Assembly: GCF_030539665.1 (NCBI RefSeq)
Contig: NZ_JAUNXR010000003.1
Span: forward strand, 58,326 to 122,325
Length of the DNA stretch: 64,000 nucleotides
Direction of reading: 5' to 3'
Source: Methanobrevibacter sp.
GTDB taxonomy: Archaea > Methanobacteriota > Methanobacteria > Methanobacteriales > Methanobacteriaceae
Shown: piece after piece, positions 34,137 to 44,494 of the stretch
Position numbering within the stretch: the first letter of the stretch is position 1
Layout: every line of letters starts with the position of its first letter
Notes under the pieces: generated by a model
Seen by the model: only the letters and a program-made list of their open reading frames with translations
The model's database searches: none
Told to the model about the DNA's origin: nothing
Position numbers and translations under genes: made by a program

Positions 34137-34600
34137 TAGTTAGCCTCCTTTAATACTATTTGAATGTGGGTTGTTGGTGTGTTAAATGGAGTTACTCTAC
34201 CAAATGCTCTTGGAATAGCTCCACGAATTACAACTCCTCTGTGACTTGAAATGTGTTCAATGAAAAGTTTTTCAGTATCCATACCTTTGTATTCAGCATT
34301 TGCTTCAGCGTTTTCTAAAACTTTTAAAATAGCAGCAGATGCTTTAACAGGGTATCTTCCTGATGGCCAACCTTGTTGTCCTTTTCTGTGACCTACTTTT
34401 TTATTGTGTCTTTTGAATGGAACTGATTGTTTCATGTCAATAACATTTTCTAAGTAAGCTTTTGCTTTTTCCACATCCATTCCTCTAATTGCTCTACAAA
34501 TCTCTACACAGTGTTTAGGGGAAATCTTAAGAGATTTAGCCATAGCACGTGCGGTTTTTGCTTCATTACCTTCTTTGTTATAAGCATATTTATTAGCCAT
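34136..34600 (-). CDS. rpl22: 50S ribosomal protein L22 (uL22)
   Basis: Conserved uL22 sequence. TAATG overlap with rps3. Confidence 0.95.
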   Translation of the reverse strand: MANKYAYNKEGNEAKTARAMAKSLKISPKHCVEICRAIRGMDVEKAKAYLENVIDMKQSVPFKRHNKKVGHRKGQQGWPSGRYPVKASAAILKVLENAEANAEYKGMDTEKLFIEHISSHRGVVIRGAIPRAFGRVTPFNTPTTHIQIVLKEAN

Positions 34601-34612
34601 GTTCTAATCTCC

Positions 34613-35023
34613 TTATTTAAGTGGTACAAACATAGATGATCTTGTAGCTCCCATACCAGGGTCCCCGTGTTGAACCATTTTTCTGGTTGGTGCGTATTCA
34701 CCAAAGTAATGACCAATCATTTCTGGTGCAATGGTTACTTCAACAAATTCATGTCCATCATAAATTCCGAAAGTGGTGCCTACCATTTCTGGAATAATAA
34801 CCATGTCTCTGCAGTGAGTTCTGATTACTACAGGTCTACCATCTTTTGTTCCTTCTTTGTTTAACTTTCTCATCTTATCCAAAACAATTTGTTGTCTTGG
34901 TAAAAAACCTCTTTTTAAAGATCTTCTTTGTCTTGCTGGGAATAATTCCATTACTTCCTCTAAAGACATGTCTTGTAATTCTTCAAGAGTATGACCTTTA
35001 TATTTAAATATTTTTCTTGCCAA
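34613..35023 (-). CDS. rps19: 30S ribosomal protein S19 (uS19)
   Basis: [11 protein letters not shown] motif. Confidence 0.95.
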   Translation of the reverse strand: MARKIFKYKGHTLEELQDMSLEEVMELFPARQRRSLKRGFLPRQQIVLDKMRKLNKEGTKDGRPVVIRTHCRDMVIIPEMVGTTFGIYDGHEFVEVTIAPEMIGHYFGEYAPTRKMVQHGDPGMGATRSSMFVPLK

Positions 35024-35038
35024 TGAAACACCCTCTAT

Positions 35039-35764
35039 CTATCTTTTTAATCCTGTTCTTCTAGCTGCAATAGAACCAACTTTTCTTCCTGGTGGTGCAT
35101 TTCTTGAAATAGTAGTTGGACGACCAGGATGTTGTCTGTTACCTCCCCCGTGAGGGTGATCTACTGCGTTCATTGCTACTCCTCTAACTGTCATGAACTT
35201 CTTACCTTTAGCTTTGTAAGCATGCCATCTTGTACCTGCTTTGAGGAACGGTTTTTCTTTTCTTCCTCCACCAGCTACAACACCGATACTTGCACGACAT
35301 TTAGGATTTAAGTATTTTAATTCACCAGATGGTAATTCAACAACAGATTGATTTGCATCGTGAGTAATTAAAGAAGCATAAGTTCCAGATGATCTTACAA
35401 AACGACCACCGTCTCCTGGAGTATTTTCAATATTGTAAATAGGAGTACCTTCAGGAATTTCAGCAAGTGGTAATGTGTTACCGAATTTAATTGGTGCAGA
35501 AATACCGCATTCGATTTCATCATCAATTTGAATACTTTCTGGTGCTAATATGAATTTTTTCTCACCATTTTCAAATTTAACTTCTGCAATAGGAGCAGTT
35601 CTAGCTGGATCGTGTACGATATCAGTTACAATACCTTTAATACTTCCTTCTTTTTCTAATGCATCGTAAGATCTGTATCTAATTTTATCTTTAAAACGAT
35701 GAGAAGCAACACGGTGAGTAGGAGTTCCTCTTCCTCTTCTTTGGATTATTAATCGTTTTCCCAT
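35039..35764 (-). CDS. rpl2: 50S ribosomal protein L2 (uL2)
   Basis: MNAVDHPHGGG motif. Confidence 0.96.
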   Translation of the reverse strand: MGKRLIIQRRGRGTPTHRVASHRFKDKIRYRSYDALEKEGSIKGIVTDIVHDPARTAPIAEVKFENGEKKFILAPESIQIDDEIECGISAPIKFGNTLPLAEIPEGTPIYNIENTPGDGGRFVRSSGTYASLITHDANQSVVELPSGELKYLNPKCRASIGVVAGGGRKEKPFLKAGTRWHAYKAKGKKFMTVRGVAMNAVDHPHGGGNRQHPGRPTTISRNAPPGRKVGSIAARRTGLKR

Positions 35765-35776
35765 TCAAATTCCTCC

Positions 35777-36037
35777 TTAGAATACACCTATTTTAACAGC
35801 AATTTCTTCTGCCATTTCTGGTTCAACAAGCTTGATATATGCTACTTTTTCACCATAAGGAGTAATGTGAGTGTTAACTCTTTCTACTTTTTCTTCGTAT
35901 AATTGTTCAAATGCTAATTTAATTGTTCTTTTGTTAGCGCTACGTTTTACAACAAAAGTAATTTCATTATTTTGATCAATTAAATTCATGGTTTTTTCAG
36001 TAACATGAGGTTTAATAATAATTGAATATGCATCCAT
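35777..36037 (-). CDS. rpl23: 50S ribosomal protein L23 (uL23)
   Basis: Conserved uL23 sequence. ATG 36037 is preceded by AGGTGATTATC. Confidence 0.93.
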   Translation of the reverse strand: MDAYSIIIKPHVTEKTMNLIDQNNEITFVVKRSANKRTIKLAFEQLYEEKVERVNTHITPYGEKVAYIKLVEPEMAEEIAVKIGVF

Positions 36038-36058
36038 GATAATCACCTATTTTCCAAT

Positions 36059-36823
36059 TTATTGGAATAAACCTCCTAATTTTTCAACTGCTGATTTAGT
36101 AAATATTGTGAGTCTACCAGCATGAGTACCAGGTGCTAACAATTCAGCATTTAAGTTTTCAACACATACTACGTCTAATCCAGCATGGTTTCTTGCACCT
36201 AAACTAATACCTTTATCTTCACCAACAACTAAAAGAGGTCCTTTGGATTGTTTGTATTTACGTCCTCTGGTTTTTCCTCTACCAGCTCTAATTTTTTTAC
36301 TTTTTTTAGCACGTTCGATATCGTCATAAACACCTAAAGCTTTGAATACTTCACGAGTTTGTTTAGTTGTTTTTAAAGAACAAATATCATCGTCAACTAC
36401 TATAGGGAATTGTTCAATATCGCCAGTTACATGGCCTCTTCCTTCAATTAAGTCTTTGTCAGTAGTTGCTGCTACAGCAGATCTGATAGCGAATCTTCTT
36501 TCTTTAATATTGATTTTTTCGTGATGATTTTTTTCAGATCTTACAGGATGTGCTTGTCTACCACCAATTGCCATTGGGACGAATGCTGCTCTTGCACCGT
36601 TTTTTATTCTTGGTACTCTAGCAGTTCCTCTACCTGAACCCCAACCTTTAGCACTGGTTCTTTTACCTGCCATAGGGTCATTTCCCCAAGGTTGGATTCT
36701 TGCAGTTTGTGAAGAAATTACAGCTCTTTTTATTAAATCTGGCCTGTATTCTTCGTTAAAAATAGCTGGAAGTTCGATGTCTCCGTTAACTTCCCCTTCC
36801 AATGAATAAACGTTTACCTTCAT
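36059..36823 (-). CDS. rpl4: 50S ribosomal protein L4 (uL4)
   Basis: Conserved uL4 sequence and operon position. Confidence 0.95.
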   Translation of the reverse strand: MKVNVYSLEGEVNGDIELPAIFNEEYRPDLIKRAVISSQTARIQPWGNDPMAGKRTSAKGWGSGRGTARVPRIKNGARAAFVPMAIGGRQAHPVRSEKNHHEKINIKERRFAIRSAVAATTDKDLIEGRGHVTGDIEQFPIVVDDDICSLKTTKQTREVFKALGVYDDIERAKKSKKIRAGRGKTRGRKYKQSKGPLLVVGEDKGISLGARNHAGLDVVCVENLNAELLAPGTHAGRLTIFTKSAVEKLGGLFQ

Positions 36824-36825
36824 GA

Positions 36826-37836
36826 TTATACCCCTTGTTTAGATTTTGTACTTATGTAGTTTATTTGAGGTAAATCCTCAGACTTTCCATTAGGCCTAAT
36901 AGGTTCTCTAAGAATGACTAATCTTTTAGAAGGACCTGGAAGTGAGCCTTTTACTAAAACATAATCATTTTTAACAAGACCGTATTTTACAAATCCGCCA
37001 TCTGGGTTGATTTGATCAACTTCATCTTTTGATGCAATTTTTAAAATTCTCTTATTGAATTCAGTTCTTTTATGGTATCCCATTTGACCTGCTTGTGCTA
37101 CGGTCCACATAGTTCTTGATGGAGTCCAAGGTCCGATAGAACCTACGTGTCTTGCTTTACTACTTCTAGCAGCTTTACCATATTGAATTCTAATTCCCCA
37201 TCTTTTAACTACACCTTGGAATCCTTTTCCTTTTGTAGTTGCGATTGCATCAACAAATTGACCTTCTTTGAATATGTCACTTGCACTTACTTCGTTACCT
37301 AATAATTCTAATGCAGTGTTTAATTTCTCCTCAGGAGTTGCTCCTCCAATACCACATTCGAATATGTCTGGTTTTTTCTTAGGTACACTTGTAACTTTAG
37401 GATTGGTGTGTACTAATACTTTAATATCTTCTGTGTTTTCTAAAGCACCTTGTATTTTTGCAATAGCTTCAGATTTATTGTACTCTTTAGGAAGTGAAAT
37501 TTTCCTTGAGAGTTCTTCATCCAAATTGTCTGCAAGAACTTCGGTGATTACTTTCATTCCACGAGAAGTTTTTTCGTATGCTCTAATTCCCATTACTACG
37601 ACCGGCGGTACTTCCAATACGGTTACAGGAGTAAATACATCCATACCGTTTTTTGGAGAGTTTTTATCGGTTTCAGTGACTAAAGCGTGAGTCATACCGA
37701 CTTTATAACCCGCGAGGCCTAATAATTTTGGTTCATCATTTTTTGGCCAAGCTTTAATTCTTGGGGTTTCTTTTGCTACTCTTTTCCTTGGACTAAAAGC
37801 AACAGACCCTTTTCTTGGCTGGTGATGTCTTACCAT
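36826..37836 (-). CDS. rpl3: 50S ribosomal protein L3 (uL3)
   Basis: Conserved uL3 sequence (FQGVVKRWG). First gene of the operon. Confidence 0.96.
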   Translation of the reverse strand: MVRHHQPRKGSVAFSPRKRVAKETPRIKAWPKNDEPKLLGLAGYKVGMTHALVTETDKNSPKNGMDVFTPVTVLEVPPVVVMGIRAYEKTSRGMKVITEVLADNLDEELSRKISLPKEYNKSEAIAKIQGALENTEDIKVLVHTNPKVTSVPKKKPDIFECGIGGATPEEKLNTALELLGNEVSASDIFKEGQFVDAIATTKGKGFQGVVKRWGIRIQYGKAARSSKARHVGSIGPWTPSRTMWTVAQAGQMGYHKRTEFNKRILKIASKDEVDQINPDGGFVKYGLVKNDYVLVKGSLPGPSKRLVILREPIRPNGKSEDLPQINYISTKSKQGV

Positions 37837-37957
37837 TTGATTATACCTCCGTTTTATTTAAATTCCTTTTATTTTTTAAATTAATTAGTTTTAATTAATT
37901 TTTTAAATGAAAGGCTAATTAATAGCCAAATAAACTTTAATAAAATTATTAAAGCCA

Positions 37958-37965
37958 TATATAAA
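37958..37965 (-). promoter_or_regulatory. candidate archaeal TATA box (TTTATATA on minus strand) for the rpl3 operon
   Basis: Exact TTTATATA about 120 nt upstream of the rpl3 ATG. No transcription data, and many TA-rich words occur in this spacer. Confidence 0.3.
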
Positions 37966-38174
37966 TAGCTAAAACTGTTAACACAGCCATATAGCTAGAT
38001 AAATATTAAATTTAATATATTCTAGATTTAAATTTAATTTAAAACACTCAGAGAGCGTATTTTAATGTATAAATCATCTGCAATAATATAATCTATAAGA
38101 AAGTCTTAAAAACTTCAAATGTATAAAAAGTTGAGCGAAATATCTAATCTATTAAAAATAAATTAGATTTTGAA

Positions 38175-39002
38175 TTAAAATCTCATAAAGTTAATTAAAG
38201 AAAGTGTAGCGATAACTGCTTCTTCACTCCTAACAGTTTCAGTTCCTTGCTCTGGAATGGTATTTACTTTAAATAAATCCCAGTTTCCACTAGAAACATC
38301 CTCCTGGATTGAAGAATAAGGTCCACCAAATAAAATAGCAATATTTTTACATTCTTCTACTTTAAATTTTAATTCATTAAAAATAGAATTGATTGAATCG
38401 CCATATCTTGTAGTCTCAACAACAAGATCTGGACTGATTAATTTTAAGCTATTTTTAAGACTTTTATTAGAGGACATTACATTATATCCCCAGTAAACGT
38501 CATCTGGTTCATCAGGTGTGACAATTACTTCTTTTTTAGCAATTTTAGTAATCTTAAAGCTAAATATCTTCTTAACACTAAGTTGCTCTTTGCAGAACGC
38601 AAGTTTATCCATACCAATATCCACAAAAGTTCCTTTATTATTTCTTTTTACAGTGAAACCTTGCCTGTAATCTCCAACCTGTGGATTTTTATCTACAGGG
38701 TGGTGAGGAGTTCTAAGTGGTGGAAGAATACCAACATGCTTCAATTCTGGTCTAATTGGGAATGCTCTTTTTCTCAAATATTGAGGAGTATTCATATATC
38801 TCAAAATTTCAGCAATAAATTCTCCATCTTCTTGTCCCTCATCATCTTTCAATTGCGCATCATTGTAGATTACAACATTGTTTACTCTGTAAACAGCTAA
38901 AGCTCTTCCAAGAATTCCTACTTTATAAGTACGAATTTTAAGATCTTTAGATTCTGAAAGAAACGAATTCGGAATAAATACAGATAGCTCATCTTTATAC
39001 AT
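38175..39002 (-). CDS. SPOUT-superfamily (DUF171 / COG2106, MTH1-like) putative RNA methyltransferase
   Basis: Strong recalled similarity to M. thermautotrophicus MTH1 (LSVFIPNSFL, DLKI(R/K)TYKV, PQYLR(K/R), ELKHVGILPPLRTPHHP, FGGPY). Same position upstream of rpl3. Confidence 0.82.
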   Translation of the reverse strand: MYKDELSVFIPNSFLSESKDLKIRTYKVGILGRALAVYRVNNVVIYNDAQLKDDEGQEDGEFIAEILRYMNTPQYLRKRAFPIRPELKHVGILPPLRTPHHPVDKNPQVGDYRQGFTVKRNNKGTFVDIGMDKLAFCKEQLSVKKIFSFKITKIAKKEVIVTPDEPDDVYWGYNVMSSNKSLKNSLKLISPDLVVETTRYGDSINSIFNELKFKVEECKNIAILFGGPYSSIQEDVSSGNWDLFKVNTIPEQGTETVRSEEAVIATLSLINFMRF

Positions 39003-39196
39003 TAAACAATAGATTTGTTTAAAAACATATATAAAGATTGTGCTAAGTTTATATAGCTATCACTAATAAGACTCATACATTTGAAAATATTATATCAATT
39101 ATAATACCCGTAGTTTCATAACTACAATAATAAACTCATAGAATATATTAATATAAACTATGTCCATAGTAGTATATAAACTTAATTGAAAAATAG

Positions 39197-39835
39197 CTAT
39201 TTACAAGTATTTTCGGCCCTAATCACAATAACATTAACACCTTTTGACTCTTTTGAGTGAAATTCATAAATTTTGGGAATTTTAAATTCATATCTGAATA
39301 TATGGGTAATTTTAAGATTGTTTCTTGAAAAATAATCAATCAGGAATTCTTCAGTAGATGCCATGTGAAAAGAATAGATAACATCGGGACCAAAAGATAT
39401 TGCTTTCTCTATAAAATCCAAATCAATTCCCCTTGTTGCCCTCTTTTGAGATCCGAAAGGAGGGTTCTGAAAAATAGTGTCAACATTAAAATCATCAACA
39501 AGCTGAAAAACGTCGCCGGCTATGAACCTGCAGTTATCCAACTTGAATTTTTCAGAGAAGGATTCTGCAACATCAACGGATTCCCCATCAATATCAATGC
39601 CTATTGCCGAACCCGCACCAAGCATCAATGAACCTATTGTAAAAACACCGCACCCACATCCCAAGTCAAGAACGTTCTTATCTAGAATATCCCCCAAACT
39701 ATAGGCATTCCATAAAATGTCTGCCGCAATGTAGGCAGGTGTGGAATACTGCTCCAACTCAACTTTAGGGTTAGGATGGTTGGGAATCTGCTGTAATTTA
39801 ATTTCAAGTTGTTTCTTATTTTTTATAGGTTTCAT
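39197..39835 (-). CDS. METTL5-like N6-adenine RNA methyltransferase (COG2263)
   Basis: Motif I VLDLGCGCGVF and motif IV NPPFG. Confidence 0.72.
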   Translation of the reverse strand: MKPIKNKKQLEIKLQQIPNHPNPKVELEQYSTPAYIAADILWNAYSLGDILDKNVLDLGCGCGVFTIGSLMLGAGSAIGIDIDGESVDVAESFSEKFKLDNCRFIAGDVFQLVDDFNVDTIFQNPPFGSQKRATRGIDLDFIEKAISFGPDVIYSFHMASTEEFLIDYFSRNNLKITHIFRYEFKIPKIYEFHSKESKGVNVIVIRAENTCK

Positions 39836-39915
39836 AAAATCAAATTCATAAATTATAATAATTAATATAATTTAATATAATAATATATTAAAAAATTTTT
39901 TATTGAGGTTTTAAA

Positions 39916-41409
39916 TTGTTTAATAAAATATTGATAGCAAATAGAGGAGAAATAGCTATTAGAATTATGCGTGCCTGTCGCGAACTGGATATTGAAAGTG
40001 TAGCGATTTATTCTGATGCTGATGCAACTTCTCTATATACAAATTATGCTGATGAGAGTTATCCTCTAGGTAATCCTTCACCGGCAAAATCTTATTTAAA
40101 TATAGATAAAATCATTGATATAGCCCTGGAATCAGGAGCAGAAGCAATACACCCAGGTTACGGTTTTTTAGCTGAAAATCCTAAATTTGGTGAAGCATGT
40201 GAGAAAAACGGAATTAAGTTAATTGGACCAAGTGGAAAGATTATTCAGGAAATGGGAGACAAGATTACCTCTAAAAACCTTATGAAAAAAGCGGGAGTTC
40301 CTGTTATTGAAGGTACACCTGAAGGCGTAACCGATATTGAAGAAGCTAAAGAAATAGCTAGGCAAATCGGTTATCCTGTAATCGTAAAGGCGTCTGCAGG
40401 TGGTGGAGGTATTGGAATGCGTGCGGTTTATGAAGAAGATGAACTTGTGCGCGCTATTGAATCCACTCAGTCTGTAGCTTCCACTAACTTTGGAGACTCA
40501 ACAGTATTTATTGAAAAATACCTTGAAAAACCTCGCCATATTGAATTCCAAATATTAGCTGACGAACATGGAAATGTAATACATGCTGCAGACAGAGAAT
40601 GTTCTATACAAAGAAGACATCAGAAACTGTTAGAAGAGGCTCCTTCCCCAATCATGACCCCTGAGCTAAGGGCAGACATGGGTGAAAGCGCAGTTAAAGC
40701 TGCCGAATATATCGGATACAACAGTGCAGGAACTATTGAATTCCTATATGACTCTGGAAACTACTATTTCCTTGAAATGAATACACGTATCCAAGTAGAA
40801 CATCCAATCACAGAGATTGTTACAAACATCGACCTGATCAAGGAACAGATTAGAATAGCTAACGGAAACGAATTAAGCTTCCAGCAAAAGGACATAAAGG
40901 TTTCAGGACATGCAATCGAATGTCGTATCAATGCTGAAGATCCGTTTAACGACTTCGCTCCAAATCCAGGTAAGATTACAGGTTACAGGTCACCTGGAGG
41001 TCCTGGAGTACGTCTGGACAGTGGAGTCTATATGAACTATACAATCCCAACATTCTACGACTCAATGATTTCCAAACTAATTACCTGGGGAAGAACAAGA
41101 CCAGATTCAATTGCTAGAATGAAAAGAGCATTAAGTGAATACATTATTTTAGGTGTTAAAACTACAATCCCATTCCATAAGGCAATTCTTAGAAACCCTA
41201 ATTTCATAAATGGTGATTTAAATACTCATTTCATTGATACCTATAAAAAAGGAATCGATGAGGAAATGGAAAAAGTTATTGAAGAAGAAATGGAAAAGGT
41301 AAACAAACTTAAATCCACATTTATGCCTGCTAAAAAAATAGCTGCGATTTCTGCCGCTGTAGGTTCCTACTTAAACACTGCAAAAAATCAGCAACTGGCT
41401 AAAAAATAA
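39916..41409 (+). CDS. pycA: pyruvate carboxylase subunit A (biotin carboxylase)
   Basis: [21 protein letters not shown]-terminus, ATP-grasp and biotin carboxylase motifs, TTG start. Adjacent to birA, as in methanogens. Confidence 0.9.
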   Translation: MFNKILIANRGEIAIRIMRACRELDIESVAIYSDADATSLYTNYADESYPLGNPSPAKSYLNIDKIIDIALESGAEAIHPGYGFLAENPKFGEACEKNGIKLIGPSGKIIQEMGDKITSKNLMKKAGVPVIEGTPEGVTDIEEAKEIARQIGYPVIVKASAGGGGIGMRAVYEEDELVRAIESTQSVASTNFGDSTVFIEKYLEKPRHIEFQILADEHGNVIHAADRECSIQRRHQKLLEEAPSPIMTPELRADMGESAVKAAEYIGYNSAGTIEFLYDSGNYYFLEMNTRIQVEHPITEIVTNIDLIKEQIRIANGNELSFQQKDIKVSGHAIECRINAEDPFNDFAPNPGKITGYRSPGGPGVRLDSGVYMNYTIPTFYDSMISKLITWGRTRPDSIARMKRALSEYIILGVKTTIPFHKAILRNPNFINGDLNTHFIDTYKKGIDEEMEKVIEEEMEKVNKLKSTFMPAKKIAAISAAVGSYLNTAKNQQLAKK

Positions 41410-41421
41410 GGGGTTTTCAAA

Positions 41422-42342
41422 ATGAGAACTGAAATTATAGAACTTTTAAGAAAAGAAGGAAAATTATCTAAAAACACTCTTTCAGAATTGGCCAACTATG
41501 AACTTCACGACTTCATAGATACCGTAAAAGAGGTTGGAGACAATCAGACAAAATACATCAAAAAAGAAGAAATCCTAAAAAATCTCAATACTGAATTCAT
41601 TGGGAAAAACATTTACATTTTCAAGGAAGTAATGTCAACCAATACTGTTGCAAAGTTCTTTGCAGAGGAAGATGATTCAGATGGTTTGGTCATTGTTTCA
41701 GAAAAACAGACTAATGCTAAAGGAAGAACTGGAAAACCTTGGGAATCACCCTTAGGGGGCGTATGGCTATCAATAATATTAACTCCTCACATTACCCAAA
41801 ACAAGATTCCGATCATAACCTTGGCTACTGGAGTTGCAGTGGAAAAAGCGTTCGAAAGACTTGGAATCAAAAATGCAGAGATAAAATGGCCTAATGATGT
41901 TTTGATAAACGACAAGAAGGTATGCGGAATCCTAACAGAAGCAATAGCCAAATTCAACACAATCGAAAGAGTAATCGTAGGTGTTGGAATTGACGTGAAC
42001 CTGAATGTAGATGAATTGCCTCCTGAAATCCAGGAAGGAACCATTTCCCTCAAGTCTATTACCGGCAAGATAATTGATGAAAATGAGGTTATTGCAATAT
42101 TCCTTGAAGAGTTTGAGAAAATATACGAACTCATTAACGAAAGCAAATATGAAGAGATTCTTAAGGAATGGAGAAAAAAATCATACAGTATCGGAAAAAC
42201 CGTAGAAGTGAGACCTCCATTCAGCAAATCCTACGATGCCTATGTTGTCGGTGTTGACAGCGAAGGAATATTGATTGTGGAAAAAACTGACGGAACTTTA
42301 GAAAAAGTAATATCTGGAGAATGCATTATCAAAAAACAATAA
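41422..42342 (+). CDS. birA: biotin-[acetyl-CoA-carboxylase] ligase with N-terminal HTH
   Basis: GRTGKPWESPLGG (GRGRxW-type) motif and KWPNDV motif. Confidence 0.85.
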   Translation: MRTEIIELLRKEGKLSKNTLSELANYELHDFIDTVKEVGDNQTKYIKKEEILKNLNTEFIGKNIYIFKEVMSTNTVAKFFAEEDDSDGLVIVSEKQTNAKGRTGKPWESPLGGVWLSIILTPHITQNKIPIITLATGVAVEKAFERLGIKNAEIKWPNDVLINDKKVCGILTEAIAKFNTIERVIVGVGIDVNLNVDELPPEIQEGTISLKSITGKIIDENEVIAIFLEEFEKIYELINESKYEEILKEWRKKSYSIGKTVEVRPPFSKSYDAYVVGVDSEGILIVEKTDGTLEKVISGECIIKKQ

Positions 42343-42386
42343 TCATTCCCTCTTTTTTTTATTTTTAATTTTGAAAATTGAAGCAA

Positions 42387-43538
42387 TTATTCAAAAACAA
42401 TTTCATGACATTTTTCTTTATCTGAAACTACTTCTGATAGCTTGTTGAAAGAATCAATGATTTTCTGATTTAACTCGTCCAATTCCAATCTGAAGGCATC
42501 TGAAGTGGACAGATCAAATCTTATTGTTGCAGATGCGCCAGGCATTGAAACTGCAGGAATTGTAATAATGCCCTCATCTTTCAGCAAAATCATTGCAAAG
42601 ATAAATGCAATATCATCTGGAGATAAATCGTTTTCAGCATTTAATTCACTGGCTAACTTTTCAGGAGTTACCATAACACCGGTAGGAGTCAATTCAAACA
42701 TTTCAAAATTCTCGTTGAGCAAATTTAAAAGGTCTTCTTTTCTATCAAAACTTTTAAGGAGATTATCTTCTGTGAAATTTTTAAGACCGTTAACCATTGC
42801 TAGAATAGATGGAGGCTGTGCTTCAAGACCAAATTGATTTGCCTTTATTTTGATTTGATCCAGATATTTCTCCTTACCTGCCATCAAACCTCCTCTAGGT
42901 CCCGGCATAAGCTTGTCAGTACTTGTAATTACAATGTCTGCCCCCAAATCACATGCTTTTTCCTGATTGAAAATTACAGTTCTTAAACGTGCCCCCGAAG
43001 CATCATCAACAAGAACCGGAATATCCCTTTCATGTGCTGAACTGATTATTTCTTTAAACTCATCCTCATCAATAACTTGATGATCCATTGTGGAACCTGT
43101 TATTACAATCAGTGATGTGTTTTCAGGAATGTTGAACTCATTGAAATCATCATATTCCTCATAGTTCGCACCTACAATTTCACAGCTTCTAGGTATTGAA
43201 GGATGAGCTGGCAGTTTAGCAAGATAGTGAACAACAGTGCTGTCTTTTTCAACTAATGCTAAAATAGTTGCCAATATACCTGATGATGTTCTGTTAAGAG
43301 GCAAAATCTTTTCCCCGCCCATATGATTTATACCTTCAACCTGCAATAGCTCTTCAAATACCGCAGGCCCAATATAGGTTTCAAGAAGACTTAATTCTTC
43401 ATCTGAAGCTATAAATCCTCCAGACAAACCAGTTAAATCAAAAAGTTTTTCTCTGCCTTTATCAATTACGATATTCTTTATAACTTTCAAAGAGTTTTCT
43501 CTTTTCTTAACTTCATCGAGGGAATTGTTAACTATCAT
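42387..43538 (-). CDS. SelA-like PLP-dependent enzyme (MJ0158 / TIGR03576-type), function unknown
   Basis: Fold-type I PLP protein. ITSTDKLMPGPRGG resembles the SelA PLP-lysine segment (SGDKLLGGPQAG). Confidence 0.62.
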   Translation of the reverse strand: MIVNNSLDEVKKRENSLKVIKNIVIDKGREKLFDLTGLSGGFIASDEELSLLETYIGPAVFEELLQVEGINHMGGEKILPLNRTSSGILATILALVEKDSTVVHYLAKLPAHPSIPRSCEIVGANYEEYDDFNEFNIPENTSLIVITGSTMDHQVIDEDEFKEIISSAHERDIPVLVDDASGARLRTVIFNQEKACDLGADIVITSTDKLMPGPRGGLMAGKEKYLDQIKIKANQFGLEAQPPSILAMVNGLKNFTEDNLLKSFDRKEDLLNLLNENFEMFELTPTGVMVTPEKLASELNAENDLSPDDIAFIFAMILLKDEGIITIPAVSMPGASATIRFDLSTSDAFRLELDELNQKIIDSFNKLSEVVSDKEKCHEIVFE

Positions 43539-44138
43539 CTAATCATCTAGTTCTAATTTGAAATCTTTAAATGCTTCATAGAAATGTTTAATGTTTTTAA
43601 CAGGTACTTCAATAGGATCTGCTGCTTCAACATTTCCATCATTATCCTCTTCCATATAGGAATACTCTAAAACAGCGATTTTACCTTCCAAAGTAGTCCA
43701 AAAGATAACACTGTCATGAATCTTAAGGTTCTTTTTACCTCGGTTAGGCATGAAAACCTCTAAAGAGGATGCAACCTGACTGTCGGTTTCAGCCACTTCC
43801 TCCTCATTCTTATAATCAATCAATTCCAATTTGTAATCCTTAAACTCTTCATAATATTTAACTAAATCCTCATCAGAAACAGGAATGAATTCTTCAATAT
43901 CCTCATCCACATCATATTCCACATCAAGAATCTTGCCTTCAGGGCTTGTTCTAAAAATCAAACCCATAATTCTGTCATCAGGCACTTCATCAAGCATGAA
44001 TGATAAGGACATTCCCAATTGATTGAAGAATTTTTCCCTTTCTTCTTCGTTTTTATTCACTTTCTTGATTTTAGTAGTTTTAGATTTTAATTTTTTTTCT
44101 GCTACTTCATTAATGTCAGCCATAATCTCCACATCCAA
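43539..44138 (-). CDS. acidic protein with two tandem ~65-aa repeats, function unknown
   Basis: 199-aa ORF. Its stop directly abuts the start of the SelA-like gene. Each repeat ends (Y/F)YE(E/A)FKD(Y/F)KLEL. Alternative ATG start at 44123. Confidence 0.6.
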   Translation of the reverse strand: MDVEIMADINEVAEKKLKSKTTKIKKVNKNEEEREKFFNQLGMSLSFMLDEVPDDRIMGLIFRTSPEGKILDVEYDVDEDIEEFIPVSDEDLVKYYEEFKDYKLELIDYKNEEEVAETDSQVASSLEVFMPNRGKKNLKIHDSVIFWTTLEGKIAVLEYSYMEEDNDGNVEAADPIEVPVKNIKHFYEAFKDFKLELDD

Positions 44139-44370
44139 AATGATATAATAATAATGAATTTTTATATAAAGTATTTTTAATTAATATATATAAATATACT
44201 GTTTGTTAAAATCCATTAATAATATTTTAGAATATGGAAAATTTAATAAATAATAATTATATTCCAATTTATATAATAATGACAACTTGAAATATTATTT
44301 TTTTAAAATCTCTGACAAATTTATTAACAGTGAAAACTTGGATAGAAGTTTTTTTATTTTTGTTGTAGAG

Positions 44371-44471
44371 ACCTAAATATTTGCAGGAAGATAATCATTT
44401 AATCATGTTTATTTTTATAACATGAACAACTCTTCTAAATCATAACTTCCTTTAATATTTTTTATTTCTTC
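44371..44471. repeat. left copy of ~100-bp imperfect inverted repeat
   Basis: Its reverse complement aligns by eye to 47311-47411 with roughly 8-9 differences, including two 1-nt indels. Contains the palindrome CATGTT-N9-AACATG at 44404-44424. Confidence 0.85.
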
Positions 44472-44494
44472 CCTAATACCATTATTACTTTCTT

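Noticed and set aside
39003-39196. Hairpin GTAGTT-TCAT-AACTAC and TA-rich words between the SPOUT and METTL5-like genes, considered as a terminator or ncRNA.
   Set aside because: A short 6-bp stem in AT-rich DNA is expected by chance. There is no flanking T-tract pattern specific enough to call.
42387-43538. Calling the SelA-like gene a genuine selenocysteine synthase, which would imply Sec decoding.
   Set aside because: No other Sec machinery and no in-frame TGA in a conserved gene is visible in the window. From memory, the MJ0158-type family is distinct from bona fide SelA. It is kept as SelA-like, function unknown.
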